Virus record (IMG/VR): IMGVR_UViG_3300027972_000007
Coordinates: 64,001-128,000 of that record
Direction: 5' to 3' (one strand)
From: a virus
Length of the DNA stretch: 64,000 nucleotides
In this document: positions 57,198-64,000 of the stretch, piece by piece
Layout: each line of letters starts with the position of its first letter
How positions within the stretch are numbered: the stretch's first letter is position 1
Made by a program: the position numbers and the translations under genes
Notes under the pieces: model-generated
What the model saw: the letters and a program-made list of their open reading frames with translations, nothing else
Told to the model about the DNA's origin: nothing
Databases searched by the model: none

Positions 57198-58126
57198 TTC
57201 TGAAAAAATTCAATTAATGTAGCACAAAAATTAATTTCTTTGTCAATAACTATAGAATCCCAACGCATACCTTCTGCAATAATAGATATTGCTTGCGCTC
57301 TTTTATCCTCTTTCAATCGAGGAATAATATTATCAAATATTAAACGATATAATTCACTATAATTCATACTCTTTTCTAATAGATATTTTCTTATTTTGGC
57401 ATACTCAACATTCATAATCATATCGTAAAATTCGTCATTCACTGCTTGCATATCCAATATTTGTTCATTAATACAATCATATATACTGGAAAATTGCTGT
57501 AATAGTTTTATCATTGAACGAATATCGGGATAATTTTTATCAATTATTTTATTGATAACTTCTTCTTTATATTCTACTTTTTTATACGAAAGAATTTCAG
57601 TTAATCTCTTCAAAATCTTAGGTTTCATTTCATCTACAACTTTTTTATCTGTCATATTGAAATCGACTAATTCACATCTTGATTGAAGAGGATCAATTAC
57701 TCTTGTAATTTGATTACATGTTAAAATAAATCTACACGTTTGATGAAATTCCTCTATAAATGCACGTAATGCTTTTTGCATAGCTACATTAGAAGTAGAA
57801 TCAATTTCGTCTAATATAACTACTTTCGGTTTTCCATTCAAACTTTTAACAGTCGCAAATTGTTTAACTTTATTTCGTATAGTATCAATACCAGTTTCTT
57901 CAGAAGCATTAATATAAATGAAATCGCAATCAATATCATTGCAAATTGCTTTAGCAGTAGTCGTCTTACCACTTCCAGGCGAAACCGAAAAGAAGATCAT
58001 ATTCTTAATTTCTCTTGCTTCGATCATTTTTGAAAAATATATTTTCAATTTTCGAGGCAAAATAATATTTTTTATATTTTTAGGACGAAAATGTTCAACC
58101 CACAAAAAACAATCGTACTCTTTCAT
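57185..58126 (-). CDS. clamp loader AAA+ subunit (T4 gp44-like)
   Basis: LWVEHFRP, PGSGKTT, ILDEID, FILTCN, LQSRC. Confidence 0.95.
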   Translation of the reverse strand: MKEYDCFLWVEHFRPKNIKNIILPRKLKIYFSKMIEAREIKNMIFFSVSPGSGKTTTAKAICNDIDCDFIYINASEETGIDTIRNKVKQFATVKSLNGKPKVVILDEIDSTSNVAMQKALRAFIEEFHQTCRFILTCNQITRVIDPLQSRCELVDFNMTDKKVVDEMKPKILKRLTEILSYKKVEYKEEVINKIIDKNYPDIRSMIKLLQQFSSIYDCINEQILDMQAVNDEFYDMIMNVEYAKIRKYLLEKSMNYSELYRLIFDNIIPRLKEDKRAQAISIIAEGMRWDSIVIDKEINFCATLIEFFQKCLR

Positions 58127-58127
58127 A

Positions 58128-58589
58128 TTATTTTCCTTTGCGTTTCATTTGTTTTCTTATTTGCTTTTTATAAAATCTTCTCTGATTGCGGTTCATATTA
58201 ATATTTAACCCCTGCAAATACTGTTTCTGTTTTTCAGAATCAGGAAAAATGCAACCACAAGCAAATGGTTCACCTGTAGTTGCAGACCTCCCCAACCATC
58301 CCCTACCCCCACATTTTCTACAACCTTTTTTTGGTTCTTTAATATTGATTCCATTTTTTTGTGCTATTACTTTTATTATTTGATATGGATTTAAATTTTT
58401 CTTATCAACAATTTCTTTAGAATTTTGATCTAAATATTCTACATGTTCTTCGGGTACTTCGTATTCGTCTTGAAATTGATTTAAATCTGGCACTTTAACA
58501 TCAAAACTATCAGAACTTGCAGAAATAACCTGTTCTTTATATAAATCATTTGGCGTTGCACTCAATAAAATATTTTCTTGTTGTTCCAT
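58128..58589 (-). CDS. hypothetical protein with DnaJ-type CxxCxGxG motif
   Basis: CRKCGGRG...CGC. Confidence 0.75.
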   Translation of the reverse strand: MEQQENILLSATPNDLYKEQVISASSDSFDVKVPDLNQFQDEYEVPEEHVEYLDQNSKEIVDKKNLNPYQIIKVIAQKNGINIKEPKKGCRKCGGRGWLGRSATTGEPFACGCIFPDSEKQKQYLQGLNINMNRNQRRFYKKQIRKQMKRKGK

Positions 58590-58761
58590 TATTTATCCCT
58601 TTTCAATATACGAACCATCCATAAAGGTTTTATTACTTTAATTCTTTTAAATTTCTTCCATCTCTTTTGTTTTTCATTCAAATAAGTGTAAACAACATTT
58701 AAATCTTTTTTAGCTTGTTTACACTTATTTGAAATACTTTTTAAAATATCTTCAACCATTT

Positions 58762-59484
58762 TTACTCGTCTTTTTCTTCTTTTTCGCTACCTTCATTTAA
58801 TGATGCCACAAAAACTTCAAGATTTACGTTTTCAGTATTATAGACGAATCTAACGATACCGTCAGATGCAATATTAAGAGAATAATCATAATCGGGTATA
58901 AGTGTAAAAACTTTACTTGAAATGGTTATATTAAATCTCTTTTCTATACTTTTCTCCAACTTAAATTCATCTTCCCATGAATTAGAATGTGAATCGTTAA
59001 AACATCTTATAGTAACATTATCGTTGTCAATTTTAAATGATACTTTTTCTGCTTTAATCAAACCAATCATTTTCTTAACATTTCTCAAAATATCTTTATC
59101 GAGTTTCAATGTTACAAATTCTTGAGGGAATGTTATCTCTTTAGGGCCTTTCTGAATACTTTCAACATCAGACACTAGATATTTTACTTTTGATTTTTTA
59201 GAACAAATCAAAATCTTGTTTTCGTCTACTACCATACTCGGTTCGTCAAAAACGTTTAACAACTGATGAAATTCTGGATAATTATAAATTGCTAATGCTT
59301 CATCACCAAAATCAAACGAATCTGATGTGGCTGAAAGTACATACGCAACAGTTACTGCCGGATCAGTTCTTTTAACAATAACTGATTTCGAATCATTTTT
59401 CTCAAAAATGATACTTGGGTTAATAGTTGTAAGATCATTAACCAAATTAAGAAAATCTTTCTTAAACTTCAAAGAATCAGACAT
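58762..59484 (-). CDS. sliding clamp (T4 gp45-like)
   Basis: INPSI, AIYNYPEF..LL, size and proximity to gp44. Confidence 0.85.
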   Translation of the reverse strand: MSDSLKFKKDFLNLVNDLTTINPSIIFEKNDSKSVIVKRTDPAVTVAYVLSATSDSFDFGDEALAIYNYPEFHQLLNVFDEPSMVVDENKILICSKKSKVKYLVSDVESIQKGPKEITFPQEFVTLKLDKDILRNVKKMIGLIKAEKVSFKIDNDNVTIRCFNDSHSNSWEDEFKLEKSIEKRFNITISSKVFTLIPDYDYSLNIASDGIVRFVYNTENVNLEVFVASLNEGSEKEEKDE

Positions 59485-59553
59485 AAACAAACTCCTTATT
59501 TTAATTGTTTATTATTTACTTGAAATATACCCTATTTAAACGTTTAAATACAC

Positions 59554-59617
59554 CCTACAATTAAGGATAATAGAAAAGTAATATCAAAGTACAACAAAAA
59601 TTATCCTCAATTCTAGG
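59554..59617 (+). repeat. dispersed 64-bp hairpin repeat, copy 4 (core TCAAAG)
   Basis: Same arms as copies 1 and 2, core inverted. Confidence 0.9.
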
Positions 59618-59635
59618 TATGAAATAACGTGTTTT

Positions 59636-60379
59636 TCAATCTATCATCATAATCTTGTATAATTCTTGGATTTGACTTTCAATTTCAGTTTTTTTAGTAA
59701 TTTCTGCAGCATCTAAACCATCGCCTATTCCCATTTTATTAGTCAATTTTTTATCTTCTTCTATCTTAACTAATAAATCTGCTAATCTGTCTTTATAATC
59801 ATTTCCTCTTTCATCCCAATCAATAAACAACTTCATTATCTGTAATGGTCTTGTCCAATATCCTTTTTTATAATATTTACAAAATCTTAAAGCTGAAGAA
59901 ACAGGACAGTGAATATTTTTAATTGCTAAAAATTGCATTTTTTCGTGTTCTGCAAAATCTTCGTCTGCTATACATTCGTTTTCATTAATTATTGCAATAC
60001 GAGTTACTGTAAAATCAAAATTTTCTAATATCTCTTCAACTGTACCGTTTGTTTTAACATGAAATTCTTCTTTAGGTTTTATTAAATTAACTTTCGGGCA
60101 CGGATAAAAAGAAACTGACGGTTTAAATACTACTGATATTTCATTTTCGTGTTTATTTTCAAATTTATTTGAAGTTAAAATATTTTTCAGTTCATTAAAT
60201 GTTTCTTCATCTTTGCAATAAATATCAACATCGTCAGTTTGAGCTACTTTTTTAGTAGTAGAACAACAATATCTTGCATAGCCGCCGCAAATATATGCAT
60301 TCTTATCTTTCATTAATTCATACAACTTTTTAATTTCCGTAAAACCTCTTAATATTGGCAATTTAACAAAAGTGGTCAT
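59636..60379 (-). CDS. nucleotidyltransferase (CCA/poly(A) polymerase head-like)
   Basis: CGGYAR, DDVDIY, FDFT. Confidence 0.8.
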   Translation of the reverse strand: MTTFVKLPILRGFTEIKKLYELMKDKNAYICGGYARYCCSTTKKVAQTDDVDIYCKDEETFNELKNILTSNKFENKHENEISVVFKPSVSFYPCPKVNLIKPKEEFHVKTNGTVEEILENFDFTVTRIAIINENECIADEDFAEHEKMQFLAIKNIHCPVSSALRFCKYYKKGYWTRPLQIMKLFIDWDERGNDYKDRLADLLVKIEEDKKLTNKMGIGDGLDAAEITKKTEIESQIQELYKIMMID

Positions 60380-61245
60380 TATTTCCTCAATTCTTCAAAA
60401 TTTTTATATAATATTAACTCTAATTTCTTAATCTTTATTTTCAAATCTTCGAAACTACTAAATTTAAATCCTGCTGCCTTTGCATGTCCGCCGCCCCATT
60501 GTAATTTTTTTATTAATGTTCCAATATTCAAACTATCTACATTATGACGAATACTAACTGAATTTTGACTTTGACTTATTATAAAAATAATTTTATATCT
60601 CTGTTTCAAAAAATATTCTGCTAATTCATTATAAAATTTATCAGTATAAAACATTAAACCAAGTATAATTTCTGTTGGAAAAATTTCTAATTCATCTAAT
60701 GCTTTTTGAAAACTCGCCTTTTCTTTCTGTATTAATTCTTTTTCAAAATCATTCCATTCAACTCTACCATCTTTAAATTCCTGTCTAAATCTTTGAGGAA
60801 AATAATGCCAAAATAAAATATTCAATTCTTTTGATTTAAAATGATTATGAATCCACATATCATAATCGTTTGTTAAATGAACTAATTCATTAAATTTCGA
60901 TAAATCAACTTTAAAATTCTTCTCTAAAAATAATTTTGTTAATTTTGCACCACAATATTTCTTTATTACAAATTTATTTATACTCGGATCGTGCCATTCA
61001 ATAATCGATTCGTGATGATCTATTAAAATAATATTGTCAGATAAATAAATATTATCTCTATTTTCTGGATGAATATCAGTCAAAAAAACTTTTTCATATT
61101 TACTATAATCTATTTTCTTTAATAAATCATCAAGAATACCAAATTTATAGCTAATATATTCAATATTAGGAAATACTTTTCCGAGAAGTATTTGGCACAC
61201 TGTTCCGTCTAAATCATCGTGAGATATTGAAAGTATTGGTTTCAT
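60379..61245 (-). CDS. DHH/DHHA1 phosphoesterase
   Basis: HDDLDG, TD, IDHH, GGGHAKAAG. Confidence 0.92.
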   Translation of the reverse strand: MKPILSISHDDLDGTVCQILLGKVFPNIEYISYKFGILDDLLKKIDYSKYEKVFLTDIHPENRDNIYLSDNIILIDHHESIIEWHDPSINKFVIKKYCGAKLTKLFLEKNFKVDLSKFNELVHLTNDYDMWIHNHFKSKELNILFWHYFPQRFRQEFKDGRVEWNDFEKELIQKEKASFQKALDELEIFPTEIILGLMFYTDKFYNELAEYFLKQRYKIIFIISQSQNSVSIRHNVDSLNIGTLIKKLQWGGGHAKAAGFKFSSFEDLKIKIKKLELILYKNFEELRK

Positions 61246-62471
61246 TAAAATTGTGCAAACTTATTTAAATTAGTTGTTACTTCTTCTTTACTGTTATCTA
61301 TTTCTGATATAACATCCCTGTTTCTTAAAATAAAATTTAATGGGTCCTTTTCTTCAAATGCTCTATCAATTAAATTAAAAATTATAAAATCTTTTGAATT
61401 AAAAACTGATTCATAAAGTTCTTTTTCATCTACATTAATGGTATTTTCCATAATATTTTTATAATCTAAAAATTTATATAAATTATGCATAGCAACATAA
61501 TTATAAAAATCTATATTTAATCCCGTTCCTCTCTTACCAACAAATCCTAATAAATCAGAGAATTTCATCGCCTTACAAACTGGACACTGACAAGGCAAAT
61601 TAACATCTAAATTAATTTTTCTCTTTTCTCTATTTATTTTGTTAGAAATACACATATATTTTATTCCGTCTCTACTACACAATAGGCCATATCTCCCAAA
61701 ACCGGCAGAAATTGTAAATATTGATGAATCAAAAGAAATATTAATATTCAAACCCAAATCATTTAATTTCTTTTGTAAATAAAATATATAAGGTAAAGAA
61801 AATAATTTACTATATCCTAAAATATGTATTAAACATTGTTTATTATTATTCTTTTCAATTTCGCCTTTTGAAAACAAAAAGAAAAAACTATATAATATAT
61901 AAAATAAATTAACTGAACAGCCACCCAATGCCCAACCACCAGCAAAAGAAAAATCTTTAACTGAATCATACCACAAACTAATTTTTTCTTTATCTCTTCC
62001 ATGTAATACATTTAAATATTTAGTTTTGCCTGTTTGTTTATTCTGAAAGTACTCGAAATTTTTTACACTAATTTTTATTTTTTCTTTAAAGTGTTCGCTA
62101 AAATTTTTTTTCGAGTTTTCATTTGAAACATATGGTGGGAAATCTAAATTTATTGCATAATTTGTATTATTTTCTAACCAATTAAATATTTTTCCTACTA
62201 TATCATTTTCATATTTTAAAACGCCGGTCGCTAATTGAAACCCACCGCTATCTCCCAAAACAATATTTCTATTCAAATCATAATTTAAATCTTTTTTTGT
62301 TTCTTTTTTATAATTATGCCCGGCAGAAATCAACAAATAATTATAATTAAAAACACTATCTTTTTCATAAATTTTAAAACTTTTATTTGTATATTTATGA
62401 AATAAATTATCTTTGAACATCTTTAATTGTGGCACAAAATAAGCGGGAAAATAAATAGTTTTATTCATCAA
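61245..62471 (-). CDS. TGT-fold base-exchange enzyme (DpdA-like)
   Basis: GDSGGFQ, LDFPP, HILG, FDSS, CQCPVC...HN zinc site. Confidence 0.8.
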   Translation of the reverse strand: MMNKTIYFPAYFVPQLKMFKDNLFHKYTNKSFKIYEKDSVFNYNYLLISAGHNYKKETKKDLNYDLNRNIVLGDSGGFQLATGVLKYENDIVGKIFNWLENNTNYAINLDFPPYVSNENSKKNFSEHFKEKIKISVKNFEYFQNKQTGKTKYLNVLHGRDKEKISLWYDSVKDFSFAGGWALGGCSVNLFYILYSFFFLFSKGEIEKNNNKQCLIHILGYSKLFSLPYIFYLQKKLNDLGLNINISFDSSIFTISAGFGRYGLLCSRDGIKYMCISNKINREKRKINLDVNLPCQCPVCKAMKFSDLLGFVGKRGTGLNIDFYNYVAMHNLYKFLDYKNIMENTINVDEKELYESVFNSKDFIIFNLIDRAFEEKDPLNFILRNRDVISEIDNSKEEVTTNLNKFAQF

Positions 62472-63492
62472 TTACCTCAGTATATATATTATCAATTAAA
62501 CAGTATTTTTCTTTTATAATTTCTATATTAGAAATCATCTGCAATAAATTTTGATCATAATTTAAAAATAATTTTTTTATAAAATCTAATAATTTTTTCT
62601 TATTTTTTAAATAACTTATAAAATCAGTAGTCCAATTACTTGGATATCTAAAAATTCTATAATACATTTCTTCATAACTTAATCTATTAGGTAAAATTGG
62701 CAAAACATTTAAATATAATCCCTCAAAAGTTCCTATTCCCCATGTTTCTTGTAAATTAGCAGAAAATAATAATTTACTTTTAGCTAATTCTCTATAATAT
62801 TCATCTTTTTTATAATTTTTTTCTTGACAAAAATTACATTTGATGCCTATTTCATTCAATTCTTTTTCTAAATCTTTTAAAATTTCTGGTTGTTTTTCTT
62901 TACTCATTCTATGTGGAAAAATTATAATATCTTCCTTTTTAATATTTTTATATTTATCTAAATCTTCAAATTTAAATGGCAACCCAGTTATAATAACTTT
63001 TTTTTCGAACTCGTAATTAAATTCTTTTAAAACCATCTCTTTATGATATTCAGTTGCGACAAATGATTTTTTTAATATATTAAAAATACTTTTTTCAAAA
63101 TAATTATAATTCTTATAAAATTTTCCTAATAAATCATTTCTATCATAACTTCCTGCATGCCAAATTCCATAAATACTAACTGGTATATTATTTAAATCGC
63201 TCATATACTTAAGAGCTATAATTCCGTAATGCCACGCGTCGTAAAATAAAAATTTATCATTTTCTTGAATTTTATTCAATCTAAATAAATTACTAATTTT
63301 TATAATTTGTTCACTCTTCCAAATATTAGTAACATTAGGATTTAAAAAATTTTTATTATTAGTTTCTTCATAGGTTATTCCGTCAATTTCAATTATATCA
63401 GTTCTTTTTTCAATAAAATATTCAAACACCCATTTTTTCCATTGAGAAGTATATCTTTTTTCGGAGGGTTCTAAAGTAATTAAATAAATCAT
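62461..63492 (-). CDS. GT-B glycosyltransferase
   Basis: LEP...RYT.QW, HAGSYD, FPHR...EKQ, QETWG...E. Confidence 0.82.
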   Translation of the reverse strand: MIYLITLEPSEKRYTSQWKKWVFEYFIEKRTDIIEIDGITYEETNNKNFLNPNVTNIWKSEQIIKISNLFRLNKIQENDKFLFYDAWHYGIIALKYMSDLNNIPVSIYGIWHAGSYDRNDLLGKFYKNYNYFEKSIFNILKKSFVATEYHKEMVLKEFNYEFEKKVIITGLPFKFEDLDKYKNIKKEDIIIFPHRMSKEKQPEILKDLEKELNEIGIKCNFCQEKNYKKDEYYRELAKSKLLFSANLQETWGIGTFEGLYLNVLPILPNRLSYEEMYYRIFRYPSNWTTDFISYLKNKKKLLDFIKKLFLNYDQNLLQMISNIEIIKEKYCLIDNIYTEVIDE

Positions 63493-64000
63493 ATATAAAA
63501 ATAACCTCTAATATAATTAAAATCTCTATTTAACCCAGCTTCAAATCCTTCTTTATATTCACTAAACATTTTAAATCCTTTAGACCAAAGTTCTTCAGTA
63601 TTTAAAATATTATTTTTTATTAACTCCACCGACAATTCCATACTTTTAATAAAATCTGAATTTCTTGGACTCGGCATTAAAATTGTGTGACATTTCCAAC
63701 AATTTTCGAAAAAATTAGTTACAATATTTTCCTTAGGTGTACTTGCATAATTAATAATACCTTCATTTTTACAAATGTTTGTTATTTTTTTAAAATTTTC
63801 CGCTTTAGAAGACAAATCTATAACATAATCATAACTATTTTCTTCAATATCTTCTATATTATTTAATTTTAAATTTAATTTACCCCAATTTTTTTTGTTG
63901 CTGCTCCCACAAATATCAATTTTTATTTTGAGAATTTTAGTGCAGTATTCCGCAATAATTAAAGACATAAATCCAGAACCCACCAATAAAATATCTTTAT
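63489..64000 (-). CDS. MDR/zinc-binding dehydrogenase-like protein, 5'-truncated by window edge
   Basis: ILLVGSGF Rossmann motif; frame stays open to the window end. Confidence 0.65.
   Translation of the reverse strand, partial: KDILLVGSGFMSLIIAEYCTKILKIKIDICGSSNKKNWGKLNLKLNNIEDIEENSYDYVIDLSSKAENFKKITNICKNEGIINYASTPKENIVTNFFENCWKCHTILMPSPRNSDFIKSMELSVELIKNNILNTEELWSKGFKMFSEYKEGFEAGLNRDFNYIRGYFYI

Overview
This is a very AT-rich, gene-dense segment of a large T4-like (probably jumbo) bacteriophage genome in the standard genetic code. A few + strand genes (13-2923) converge on one long - strand block (3210-64000). Recognisable genes: sliding clamp and both clamp-loader subunits, NAD-dependent DNA ligase, CCA-adding enzyme, tRNA-Leu(UAA), Rnl2-type RNA ligase, GH108 lysozyme, many nucleotide-sugar and glycosyltransferase genes, and a TGT/DpdA-like enzyme next to a GT-B glycosyltransferase. 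Two loci stand out. (1) 45940-48354 is a GC-richer array of seven integron-like gene cassettes separated by attC-like palindromes, behind a phage early promoter, with no integrase in the window. (2) 22908-29765 is an operon with a complete deamidating NAD+ salvage route (pncB, pncA, nadE, nadD) that has a TerY-P-type vWA/PP2C/kinase triad nested inside it. Non-coding features include a 9-copy early promoter with an 18-bp palindrome, anti-Shine-Dalgarno tracts placed before terminators, a dispersed 64-bp hairpin repeat whose 6-bp core occurs in both orientations, an origin-like region with 10-bp phasing, and an IS200/IS605-type footprint. All functional calls rest on motifs read by eye; no database search was run.
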